Source: an uncultured bacterium (GTDB taxonomy: Bacteria; CAYUVA01). From it: 64,000 nt of DNA. Below are positions 9,415-18,612 of this stretch, in pieces. The stretch covers positions 1 to 64,000 of the forward strand of contig CAYUVA010000004.1 of assembly GCA_964448115.1 (NCBI GenBank), given 5' to 3'. The stretch's first letter is position 1; every line of letters starts with the position of its first letter. Made by a program: the position numbers and the translations under genes. The notes beneath the pieces were generated by a model. It worked only from the letters and a program-made list of their open reading frames with translations. It made no database searches and was not told the origin of the DNA.

Positions 9415-12288
9415 TTGTTGATGCGAGATATCCTTATGAGAGTTGTCCTGGTTATCATAGCCACCTTTATCGTTTCCAGCGCCTTTGCTCAGGGTAAAAT
9501 CCAGTTCTACTTCCACGACTCGCCCAAGGGAGCGGGCAGTCAGACCTGGAACGATCAATGGAGCCAAGACACGGTATATCCTTCCGGCGAGTTCATGAAC
9601 GATGAGAAGCCTTTCTTGCAAAACTCACCCAGGGTGCAGATACCGTACAATCCAGCCACTTATTCCGAGCTTTATATCTATACCGATAATGGCTTGACTT
9701 ATGATGGTGTCTTGAATGCAGTGTTGGAATATGGCAACTGGTATGTTTACCTTCTGCTCGATGCCAATGCAACCGCTTGTTGTGGGAATGTCCATGTAGT
9801 TGCCGACCTGGTTGGTCCAAACGGAGGTTTAACACCCACACCATTGCATAACATTACACCTACTTATGTGCCAACCCCTGGTCAGTTGCAATATGCACAG
9901 ATTCCGCTGGGACCGATAACCAAACAGGCACACAATCGGCGCATCAGGCTCAAGATCTGGGCAGAGGGCACGCCATCACCGGCAAAGGACAAGCTATACT
10001 TGGTTTGGGATGATGATTTGCAATCGCCTCCGCCGGAGCCGACTCCCTGGAGGGCTTCCAGGCTCGATACCCACTGGATTTATACCTTCACTCCCACCTA
10101 CACGCCGACCACGACCCCGACCACGACCCCGTCTCGGACTCCAACATCGACCTACACACCGAGCTTGACGCCGACAATGACCAATACGCCGACTCTGACG
10201 CCGACAGTAACGCTCACTCCGACCTCAAGCCCCTCGGCGACCCCAACCTATACCCCGACCCAGACCAGCACCCTGACTCCAACAAACACCGGCTTGCCGA
10301 CCTGGACACCGACCGCTACGCCGACCTATACGACCACGCGGACTCCGACCTTCACATCGACTTACACACCAACCAGCACTAAGACTCTTACCCCGACGCA
10401 AACCCCGACCTTCACTGCAACGCCGACCAGCACATCCACATCAGTGCCGACCGCCTCACCGACAGCAACCTATACGGAGACTCCAACCCGAACGCCTACC
10501 AATACCTTCACCCCACTACCCAGCCATACGCCGAGCAATACACCGACAGCCTCATGGACTGCAACGCCAACGCCCTGTTCGGAAGTTGACCCCAGCGAGC
10601 CAAACGATCAAAATATATATGCCAAGCAGGTCCATGATAATACTGGCTTTCCAATGTTAAACTATGTCTGCTACTATAATGATATCGACTGGTGGTACTT
10701 CATGGGCAACCAGAATGCTGGCTTTGCCATCCAGACTGCGCATCTGTCGCCACTAGTCGATACTTACCTGACCATTTACAAGAGCGATGCCCTGACCATT
10801 CTTTGCGAGAACGATGATGATCCCAATCGAGCAGGCACAGTGGATGAACTTGCCTCCTTTTGCTTTATTGTACCTCCATCGTCAGGTACGGAGCTTTATT
10901 ATATAAAACTGCGCAATATGAACAGCAATTGGGGTCCAAATGCTTATTATGATCTCCAGGTATCGCTTATTACCCACACGCCGACCGCGACCTGGACCGC
11001 GAGCCACACGCCAACGATCACCTTTACGCCGACGGATACACCCACGGCAACAGCAACCCCTACCGGCACAAACACGGCCACGCCGACGCCGAGTTCCACC
11101 CCGACCATTACTCCTCCCCCGGCGCCTGAGATTTATGGACTTAATCCATATTCACCAGGTAATAGCGTAATGGTGCAATGGGAGCCGGTTCCTTCGGGCT
11201 GGGAGTATGATGCGCAGTGCTCGCTATCGGCTAGCTTCCCCGATGCACAATCGACTCCCTGTGCCTGGTCGGAGTTTACCTATTGCACTTTCTACGATCT
11301 TGAGAATGGAAAGAAGTATTACTTCAGAGCCAGGGCTCGAAACATATTGGCAACGCCGGGACCGTTCAGCCAGGTAGCAAGCACGCGCATGGATGCAAGC
11401 ACTCCCTCGGTAACCATCTGCGATCCACCACAGACGCCTATCTCCACCAACCAGGAACAGATCACCATCAGATATTCTCTTACCGAGTACCCCTTGGTGC
11501 AGCCTCCACAGGGCATCTATCCCTCCGGGATAGCCAATGTGAAGCTGTACTATAAGAAGCAGTTCCAGGCTTACCAATTATATACCGCAGCCGTTTATGT
11601 GGATACCACCCCGTGCCCGGGACCCACTCCTAACGATCCCTTTGAGAACGGCATCCTGTTCAACTTCGAGCCTGGTGGCTATGGACCATATTACTTCTAT
11701 ACCATCGGTGTTGACCGAGCGGGCAACAGCGAGACCTTCGACGGCACTCCCGAAGCGGTGATCATATACAGCGAAGATACGCCTACCCCGACAAATACAC
11801 CAACGGCGACCAACACAAGGACGCCATCCCCGACCCATACGGCGACCCCGACCAATACACCGCTACATTCCTACACGCCGACCAGAACGCCGACCATAAC
11901 CAATACGCCTTTACCATCAAGTACTCCCACGCCGACACAGCCGACCAATACGCCCACCTCTACTCCCACACAGACGCCGATTCCACCATCAATCTACATA
12001 GGCGGTTACATGTCTTCGCGCATAACTATTGCTGATGGGGGGCAGATGTCGCTATTAGCCTATGTCCACAAGGGGGATGCCGAGGTGAGCTATGTGGAAG
12101 TATATTTCGACGGCGCCCCAACCGGATTATACCTGGTGCCGGACCCGGTGAATGATGGGATCTACCAGTTCGTAACCAGCTTACCACCGGGGATACCGCA
12201 AGGCGGATATCCGCTTGAGCTTAAAGCTATCGATCTTGATTCCATCGGCAGCCACCTATGGCCCTACCTCGAGGTTACGGAGTATTAG
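9415..12288 (+). CDS. Large exported protein with Thr-Pro linkers, PPC-like and FN3-like domains, and a shared C-terminal domain
   Basis: Signal peptide ending SSAFA; three long TPT tracts; EPND...DIDWWYF motif; FN3-like YYFRARARN; C-terminus ending WPYLEV. Confidence 0.85.
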   Translation: MLMRDILMRVVLVIIATFIVSSAFAQGKIQFYFHDSPKGAGSQTWNDQWSQDTVYPSGEFMNDEKPFLQNSPRVQIPYNPATYSELYIYTDNGLTYDGVLNAVLEYGNWYVYLLLDANATACCGNVHVVADLVGPNGGLTPTPLHNITPTYVPTPGQLQYAQIPLGPITKQAHNRRIRLKIWAEGTPSPAKDKLYLVWDDDLQSPPPEPTPWRASRLDTHWIYTFTPTYTPTTTPTTTPSRTPTSTYTPSLTPTMTNTPTLTPTVTLTPTSSPSATPTYTPTQTSTLTPTNTGLPTWTPTATPTYTTTRTPTFTSTYTPTSTKTLTPTQTPTFTATPTSTSTSVPTASPTATYTETPTRTPTNTFTPLPSHTPSNTPTASWTATPTPCSEVDPSEPNDQNIYAKQVHDNTGFPMLNYVCYYNDIDWWYFMGNQNAGFAIQTAHLSPLVDTYLTIYKSDALTILCENDDDPNRAGTVDELASFCFIVPPSSGTELYYIKLRNMNSNWGPNAYYDLQVSLITHTPTATWTASHTPTITFTPTDTPTATATPTGTNTATPTPSSTPTITPPPAPEIYGLNPYSPGNSVMVQWEPVPSGWEYDAQCSLSASFPDAQSTPCAWSEFTYCTFYDLENGKKYYFRARARNILATPGPFSQVASTRMDASTPSVTICDPPQTPISTNQEQITIRYSLTEYPLVQPPQGIYPSGIANVKLYYKKQFQAYQLYTAAVYVDTTPCPGPTPNDPFENGILFNFEPGGYGPYYFYTIGVDRAGNSETFDGTPEAVIIYSEDTPTPTNTPTATNTRTPSPTHTATPTNTPLHSYTPTRTPTITNTPLPSSTPTPTQPTNTPTSTPTQTPIPPSIYIGGYMSSRITIADGGQMSLLAYVHKGDAEVSYVEVYFDGAPTGLYLVPDPVNDGIYQFVTSLPPGIPQGGYPLELKAIDLDSIGSHLWPYLEVTEY
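10081..10575 (+). repeat. Thr-Pro low-complexity coding tract (further tracts at ~10970-11125, ~11778-11982 and ~16672-16758)
   Basis: Degenerate TPTxT repeats in the protein with diverged synonymous codons. Confidence 0.9.
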
Positions 12289-12318
12289 CAAAGGCGAGAA
12301 CCTCAATCCGCATCATGT

Positions 12319-14301
12319 TCATAGCCTGGTGTCCAGGATCTCCAGTATCCCGTTGTTCCTCCAGTCGAAATGTCCTGGAAATCCCTTTATAACTTCACCT
12401 TGATCGGTTATTAGCACCGAGTATGGCAGGACCTCACCTTGTACAATGCCTTTGAGCAGGGTGAACTCGCGGTCGATGTAGCACTTGATACCGAGCTGAT
12501 CCTTTAACTGTTGCAGCCTTTGCTTTACGATCTCAGGAACCAGGTATATCACCTGCATATCAAGCTCAGAATAGCGATTGGTGAAATCGATCACATTTTT
12601 TAGCGTTCGTTGGCATAAGGGATCACCTGGATGCCAAAAATAAAGCAGTAATATCTGTGAGTGCCCTGTTATCGACCTTAACCGGGGATAGCGGTTCCGT
12701 TCCCAGTCATGAATCCGATGGGAGATTATCCTTTTTCTGTCCATCGGCTTAAACGGCTTCAGAATGCTCTCTTTCAGACGCTGAGCCTGTTGGTATATTG
12801 TTATCGCGTCCGGTATCGGGTCATTGAGCAAGGGATGATTCAGGTAGTAATGTAAGCTCTGGTAAGCCTCATCGTAGTTTCCATATATATAGTTGATCCT
12901 TCCCAGCCAATAATAGATCTGCGGATTATAAGCATAGAATCCCAGATCCCTCGATTTAGCAAGCATCTGAAGCGCATGGTAATTCTGTCCGAGCTTGTAC
13001 AGGCTCAAACCCAACCAATAATAGCCTGCTCCGTAATCCGTATCTGCTGAAGATTCAAGCTCGATGACCGTCTCCAGGATGTTTTTCGCCTTCTCGTAGA
13101 GACGCAGCTTGAAGTTGCTCATGCCAATCTTCAATAACGTATCCCTGTCTGCCATGGTGATATATTTAGGATCCAGGCTGTTGTTTAAGTGAACCGCAGC
13201 CTCTACGAACTCGCCTAGCTCATAATAAAGCTCTCCCTTGAAGCGTTCAGCGGATCGATAGTCAAGTTCTATCTGTAATCCCTGTATAAAGAGCTTGGCA
13301 TTCTTGGTGCCTAGATATCGCTTGATCAGCCGGCAGATTACCTGGGCGTGTTCCAGGGGGAATCTTATCCTTGTTCCCAACTCGAATAATCCCTTAGCCT
13401 CGGTGTCGATCAACGCTTGCACCATCCCCTTATGATCCAGGCCATAATATGCATCCAACGCAAAATAGAGATCCAGCAAGCCTTTATTCTCTGGGCAATC
13501 GATTATACTTCTGCTTAGATCAGAGACCATCTGGAAGCGATCCATCATGGTTGCAGCATAACAAAGATCCTCGATCAACATGATCGTATCCGGCAAGCAC
13601 TTAAGCAAGAAGGTCATATCCTGCAAGCCAGCAAATCCAAGGCTATATGCCTCTTGATGCTTGTTGGTCAGGTTAAGCAGATGGATCAGTTGTAGGGTTT
13701 GTGCAGGCTCATCCTTGGGGCACTCCAAGAAGAGCTTTCCAGCGATGGTGGAAGCTACATGGAACTTTCCTGGCAGCCTAAGACATGCCCTGGCAAAGAT
13801 CAGCGCATGCTCAAGGCGGCTGCAAAGCTCCAGTGAACTCTCCATGTACCTTAGCCTGTTATATATGTAAAACCAGTTCGGTTCTCTATGTAGATACTCT
13901 GTCTGTGCCTGCTGATTGATGTAGTTATCGATCTGAGCCTTCACCTTCTCGAACATATCCTTTTTCCTGCCCTCGAATCGGTGGCTCTGAATCTTCTGGT
14001 AGTAATTCACCACCCCATTCAGATCCCCCATCTGACTGGCAGCGTAAGCCAGGTACAGGTATGGCTGGTAATCAGGATCCTCGAGGCGCTGTTGCCGTGT
14101 ACCTTCATCAGCCTCGTATTTGGCAATCGAGTTCTCCAGGTAGTACCTGCCATTGCGGTAATCTCCATGCTCCACAGCCTTGACGCCCTTTTTATAATTG
14201 TATTGCCAGCCGTTGCCGAGCATCATAGCACAACCGCTAAGGGCGATTAGACAAGCAGCTATAAAGATGATTTCGAGTTTAGCCTTTTTAAAAAACCACA
14301 T
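12319..14301 (-). CDS. TPR-repeat lipoprotein with a C-terminal thioredoxin-like fold lacking CxxC
   Basis: Probable start MWFFKK (14301) with lipobox LSGC; TPR motifs (YYWLG); C-terminal LLYFWHPGDPLC...LPYSVLI. The ORF track starts at 14364. Confidence 0.75.
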   Translation of the reverse strand: MWFFKKAKLEIIFIAACLIALSGCAMMLGNGWQYNYKKGVKAVEHGDYRNGRYYLENSIAKYEADEGTRQQRLEDPDYQPYLYLAYAASQMGDLNGVVNYYQKIQSHRFEGRKKDMFEKVKAQIDNYINQQAQTEYLHREPNWFYIYNRLRYMESSLELCSRLEHALIFARACLRLPGKFHVASTIAGKLFLECPKDEPAQTLQLIHLLNLTNKHQEAYSLGFAGLQDMTFLLKCLPDTIMLIEDLCYAATMMDRFQMVSDLSRSIIDCPENKGLLDLYFALDAYYGLDHKGMVQALIDTEAKGLFELGTRIRFPLEHAQVICRLIKRYLGTKNAKLFIQGLQIELDYRSAERFKGELYYELGEFVEAAVHLNNSLDPKYITMADRDTLLKIGMSNFKLRLYEKAKNILETVIELESSADTDYGAGYYWLGLSLYKLGQNYHALQMLAKSRDLGFYAYNPQIYYWLGRINYIYGNYDEAYQSLHYYLNHPLLNDPIPDAITIYQQAQRLKESILKPFKPMDRKRIISHRIHDWERNRYPRLRSITGHSQILLLYFWHPGDPLCQRTLKNVIDFTNRYSELDMQVIYLVPEIVKQRLQQLKDQLGIKCYIDREFTLLKGIVQGEVLPYSVLITDQGEVIKGFPGHFDWRNNGILEILDTRL

Positions 14302-14436
14302 TGAAAGCCTGCTTTGGATTATTTCATTGCCAATACTGCAACATTTTAACCTAAAAGTAAACATCCAGGAAATGGATAAAGGAATTCTATTAACTTTGCA
14401 TCATGATACCTGCTGTGGTATTTACTAGGTGGAATT

Positions 14437-15291
14437 ATGAAAATAGGCAATTACACTGCTATCAGCGCCATAATAGTGCTTACAATCGTTGCCTTGTCTC
14501 TTATCGCTGCCACGGAACTTGATTGTCGAGATCGCTATTCAAAAGGAGATATCCGGCACCTGGACGAGAACCGGATGCTGGAGCTGGTGAACAAGGAGAG
14601 GCTGAAAAGGGGTCTCGATACGCTTGCTTGGAACGGCGAGCTAACCAGGGTTGCCAGGGGGCATGCAACCGATATGTTCAAGAACGACTTCTTCGATCAC
14701 AAGTCAGCCACCGATGGCAGCGAGCCTGCCCATCGCATAGCACGAAGTGCCATCTATGCAAGCAAGACCGCTGAGAACATAGCCCTTGACCGCAATGTCG
14801 ATAACGCACATCAAGGGCTGATGAACAGCCCTGGGCACAGGAAAAATATCCTCGATCCCGAATTCACCCACATCGGTATCGGCATCATCGACGGCGGTCT
14901 GAAGGGGATCTATGTCTGCCAGAACTTCGCCAAGCTCATCCCTGTATCAAGCCCCGGCGAGATACAGCTTACCTTGTATTCGAGGCTCCGCAATCATGTT
15001 CTCCCCATGCCTTTGCATCTTAATAGGAGGCTGAATGACCTGGCTGCCCGGCATACAGAGACCATGATCGAGCAGGATCGCGTCTTCTCGCCCAATCTCA
15101 AGGAGATGATCGGCGGATTCTCGGAGATGAGCGTGTTCGTGGCTACCACCGACCAGCCGGATCAACCGAATGATTCGATGCTCACCGATCTCTCACGCTA
15201 CCGGGAGGTAGGAATAGGGGTAAGACTGGCAAAGACCAGAAACAATCCCAATGGCATATACTTCCTGACCGTGCTATTAGCGAACAAATAA
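14437..15291 (+). CDS. Exported CAP/SCP-domain protein
   Basis: Motifs LVNKER, ARGHATDM, AENIA and LMNSPGHRKNIL; signal peptide. Confidence 0.9.
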   Translation: MKIGNYTAISAIIVLTIVALSLIAATELDCRDRYSKGDIRHLDENRMLELVNKERLKRGLDTLAWNGELTRVARGHATDMFKNDFFDHKSATDGSEPAHRIARSAIYASKTAENIALDRNVDNAHQGLMNSPGHRKNILDPEFTHIGIGIIDGGLKGIYVCQNFAKLIPVSSPGEIQLTLYSRLRNHVLPMPLHLNRRLNDLAARHTETMIEQDRVFSPNLKEMIGGFSEMSVFVATTDQPDQPNDSMLTDLSRYREVGIGVRLAKTRNNPNGIYFLTVLLANK

Positions 15292-15379
15292 GGTTCTTTC
15301 CTTTCTTTACACCAATAGCGAGCATAACCAGGCGCGGCTGTGCTTGTATTTCATAGATATTGAAATATAATCAAGGAAT

Positions 15380-17077
15380 ATGATGGATAATAGCGTGATC
15401 TCAATAGGCATTAAGAATCGATGGGTGTATGCTTTCATATTGGTATCTTGCTGTTTCCTCATTTCGCCCTTATCCTCGGAGCCGCGCTATACCGATGATG
15501 CAGATGCGGTCTTTTGGTTCATGGTCATAAGCGATGTCCACTGCGGCGCCCTGGAGTTTGGGCGCAATGTCCCTGTGGAGAACCTAGGCTGGGCTTTAGG
15601 GGAGGCTAATCGTGCAATCGATCCTGAATTTATAGTCAATTGCGGCGACCTTACAGACTCAACCAATGGAGGGATACTCCCCGCTCAGGGTCCCTTCCAG
15701 GAGGAGTGGGACATGTACAGTGGTGTCTTATCCGAGTATGGGATGAGACATGATTTTTATTACGATCTGCCAGGCAACCACGATGCATACAACGACTTTG
15801 GTCTCACATACTACCTGGCAAACTCGATGCAGGGACAGGCGACCGGCAAGCTGCAATATGCATGGGAGCAAACCTATGATTTCGGCAGATACAGCTTCTT
15901 TGCCGTAAACACAGCCGATCGTACCGGCGGGAGCTGGGGTAGCAATCGCCCAGGGCTTAGACCTTCCGAGCTTCAGGACTTCGAGGCTTTGCTTTACACC
16001 CACCGGCTGGGAAACCTGAGAATAGTATTCGGACATCATCCGATCAGCTTCTTCAAGGATGGAGCTGCCGAGTTTACCGATCTGCTGCACACTTATAATG
16101 TTAATGCTTATATATACGGGCATACGCACCTCAATTTCGTATCCTGGATGGATGGCATCCTGAGCTTTAACATCTCGTCATTATCCCAGGATCTCGATCG
16201 TAGATACGCGGTTTTTGCCATCGATAACGATGCTATAAGCTATGGAACCAAAGGTGTCTGGGAATTGGGGCTTCTGATTGTAACCGCGCCCTGGAATGTT
16301 GACCTGGCTGGTGGCAATCCCCATGCCTACCTTGTCTCAAGGAACTCGCCGAGCAACCCAGTTCGCGCCCTGTTTTTCGATAGCAATCCCCCCCGGTCGG
16401 TTCAGTATAGCCTCAATCACGGGTTATGGCAGCCGATGGAGGAGGTCAGAGAGCACCTATACCAGGGCTGGTTCGATGCCCGTCAGCTCGATAGTGGAAG
16501 GCAACGACTACAGGTCAAGGCAATTACATCGGAGAGCGAGGTCATAAAGGTAGAGACCTGGTTCGAGACCGGAATCTGCCAGTGCGATGATGGGATCGAT
16601 AACAATCAGGATGGCTTCACCGATTACCCAGACGATCCCAACTGCTATAGCCGGCACGATCCCTTGGAGGATCCAACGATAACGGCGACTCCTACTGCCA
16701 CCCCCTACCGATCGCCAACCCCGACGGTTACCCCTACCAGCACCGCTACCCGGATACCGAATCAGGCGCCGAAGATCGTGGCTGGAGGCTACCTGGGCAC
16801 CGAGCTGGATGGCAAGAACGGCGGCGAGCTTGCATTGGGCGCCCTGGTCAGCGATCCTGACGGAATGGAGGATGTTTACGCTGTCCAGGTCTTCTACATG
16901 GGCAATGGGACCGGGTTGTACCTGGAGCCGGATCCATATTCTGCGGGATATTTCGAGCTGAGAGCGATCATCGCGCCGGCAGCCCTGCCACCATCCAAGC
17001 ACTTGCTTGAGCTTGTGGCCGAAGATAGAAAACATGAAGCAAGCGAGCTTTTCCCCTACCTGATAGTCGATGAATAA
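15380..17077 (+). CDS. Exported calcineurin-like metallophosphoesterase with a Thr-Pro linker and the shared C-terminal domain
   Basis: Motifs SDVH, GDLTD, PGNHD, GHHP and GHTH; Asp-rich CDDGIDNNQDGFTD repeat; C-terminus ending FPYLIV. Confidence 0.88.
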   Translation: MMDNSVISIGIKNRWVYAFILVSCCFLISPLSSEPRYTDDADAVFWFMVISDVHCGALEFGRNVPVENLGWALGEANRAIDPEFIVNCGDLTDSTNGGILPAQGPFQEEWDMYSGVLSEYGMRHDFYYDLPGNHDAYNDFGLTYYLANSMQGQATGKLQYAWEQTYDFGRYSFFAVNTADRTGGSWGSNRPGLRPSELQDFEALLYTHRLGNLRIVFGHHPISFFKDGAAEFTDLLHTYNVNAYIYGHTHLNFVSWMDGILSFNISSLSQDLDRRYAVFAIDNDAISYGTKGVWELGLLIVTAPWNVDLAGGNPHAYLVSRNSPSNPVRALFFDSNPPRSVQYSLNHGLWQPMEEVREHLYQGWFDARQLDSGRQRLQVKAITSESEVIKVETWFETGICQCDDGIDNNQDGFTDYPDDPNCYSRHDPLEDPTITATPTATPYRSPTPTVTPTSTATRIPNQAPKIVAGGYLGTELDGKNGGELALGALVSDPDGMEDVYAVQVFYMGNGTGLYLEPDPYSAGYFELRAIIAPAALPPSKHLLELVAEDRKHEASELFPYLIVDE

Positions 17078-18611
17078 AGCGCCTGCGAGCCTTCACAGCA
17101 ATAAAACATTCACGATATCCTTATGGATATTCACCTTTGCCTTGAGCTTCTTTGTTCTTATCGCCGGCGGGCACCTTTACGGACAAGATGGGGTAGCGAT
17201 GTACCTGATGGCTTGCTCGTTGCTGGATCGCCTCGATTTCGATATTCCACCTGATGCCAACACCTTTGGCGCAGTATCGGGGGCAGAAGGCAGGCTGTAT
17301 GCCCCCTTTGGGATCGGGCAGCCGATAAGCGCAGCGCCGCTTTTGCTAGTCGGCAGGATCCTCAAGCGGATCTATGATATCGACTATCTCCCCTCGTTTT
17401 TCGCATCCTTTTTCAACTCCTTGATCAGCGCCCTTTTAATCATGGCTGTCTATCGATTTCTCGGCTTGATAGGGATCACATCGCGGCATCGTATCCTGGT
17501 ATCGGTCTCGCTGGCGATGACTACCATAATCGCTCCCTACTCCAAGTACTTTTACTCGGAGCCTTACTTTGCCTTGATGCTAATCTCCTCGTCCCTCATG
17601 TCGTATCGCTTTAAGCGAAGTGGTCGTCTCCTAGATATCATCACAGCCGGCAGTGCGCTTGGAATCGCCATATATATTCGCCCTATCGGCATCCTTTTTA
17701 CGCCAGCTTTCCTTGTCTATCTTTTGCTTATCCTGCATAGGTTGTCCAAATCGCATTCGAGCCTGCTCAAGCCCATTTTGGGCTTCATCATCCCGGTTTC
17801 AACCTCCGTGGCAGTGTACCTGATGTACAACTATCATCGATTTGGCTCACTGCTCGATAGCGGTTATCATCTACTTCCCGACGGCAGCCTGCGCGGGTTC
17901 ACACAGCCGCTCTGGTACGGCTTGAGCGTGCTTCTTATAAGCCCCGGCAAGAGCATCTTCATATACTCACCGCTGGTGGTGCTTGTTTTCTTCGCATTTC
18001 GCAGCTTTCACCGCCGCCATAAGGAGGAGTCCTGGCATTTCATTGCGCTCTACCTGCTATTTATGTTGACCTACGGCAGGTGGTGCCGCCCCGAGGGTGG
18101 CTATACCTACGGCGGCAGGTTCCTCTTGCCTTTGGTGCCTTACCTGGCGGTTCATATCGCCCCCTGGCTATCCGAGAACCTATCTAGTAAGCGAATTGCA
18201 GCCCTGTTTAGTGTACTGTTATTAGCTGGCTTTCTGGTTCAGCTCTTGGGCATCACAGTTAATTTTAGCGAGATCATCGCTCGTAATGAGGCTGCCTACT
18301 ATAATCGAGCAGAGGGGAGGTATGATCTATCTTTTCAGCCCTTCAGCGCGCATATCAGCAGCCTGTTGGATAAGTTATTCCCCCTTGCAGACAACCTTAG
18401 GGCGCGAGATCACCACACCATTGCCCTAACCAGGACGCTCGATGTGGTGAACTATCCCCTGTGGAGCGATTGCCTTGACCTTTGGTTTCTTCACCTAATC
18501 AAGGATAAGGCACTCAAGCCTCCAGCCTTTATATTGCTCTGTCTTGTTGCTATCTTGTTTACGGTATCCGCGGCAAAGCTGATAACACAGATGTTTAGAC
18601 CAGCTAACTAA
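17070..18611 (+). CDS. Polytopic membrane protein, probable GT-C fold (PMT/ArnT-like) glycosyltransferase
   Basis: Many TM segments, an acidic first loop (GQDG), and SEP, RP and YGGRFLLP motifs. Overlaps the upstream gene by 8 nt. Confidence 0.65.
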   Translation: MNKAPASLHSNKTFTISLWIFTFALSFFVLIAGGHLYGQDGVAMYLMACSLLDRLDFDIPPDANTFGAVSGAEGRLYAPFGIGQPISAAPLLLVGRILKRIYDIDYLPSFFASFFNSLISALLIMAVYRFLGLIGITSRHRILVSVSLAMTTIIAPYSKYFYSEPYFALMLISSSLMSYRFKRSGRLLDIITAGSALGIAIYIRPIGILFTPAFLVYLLLILHRLSKSHSSLLKPILGFIIPVSTSVAVYLMYNYHRFGSLLDSGYHLLPDGSLRGFTQPLWYGLSVLLISPGKSIFIYSPLVVLVFFAFRSFHRRHKEESWHFIALYLLFMLTYGRWCRPEGGYTYGGRFLLPLVPYLAVHIAPWLSENLSSKRIAALFSVLLLAGFLVQLLGITVNFSEIIARNEAAYYNRAEGRYDLSFQPFSAHISSLLDKLFPLADNLRARDHHTIALTRTLDVVNYPLWSDCLDLWFLHLIKDKALKPPAFILLCLVAILFTVSAAKLITQMFRPAN

Positions 18612-18612
18612 G

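Noticed and set aside
10081-11982. Thr-Pro tracts as a DNA repeat array or diversity-generating system
   Set aside because: The repetition is at the amino-acid level with varied codons, and no reverse transcriptase or template/variable repeat pair was seen.
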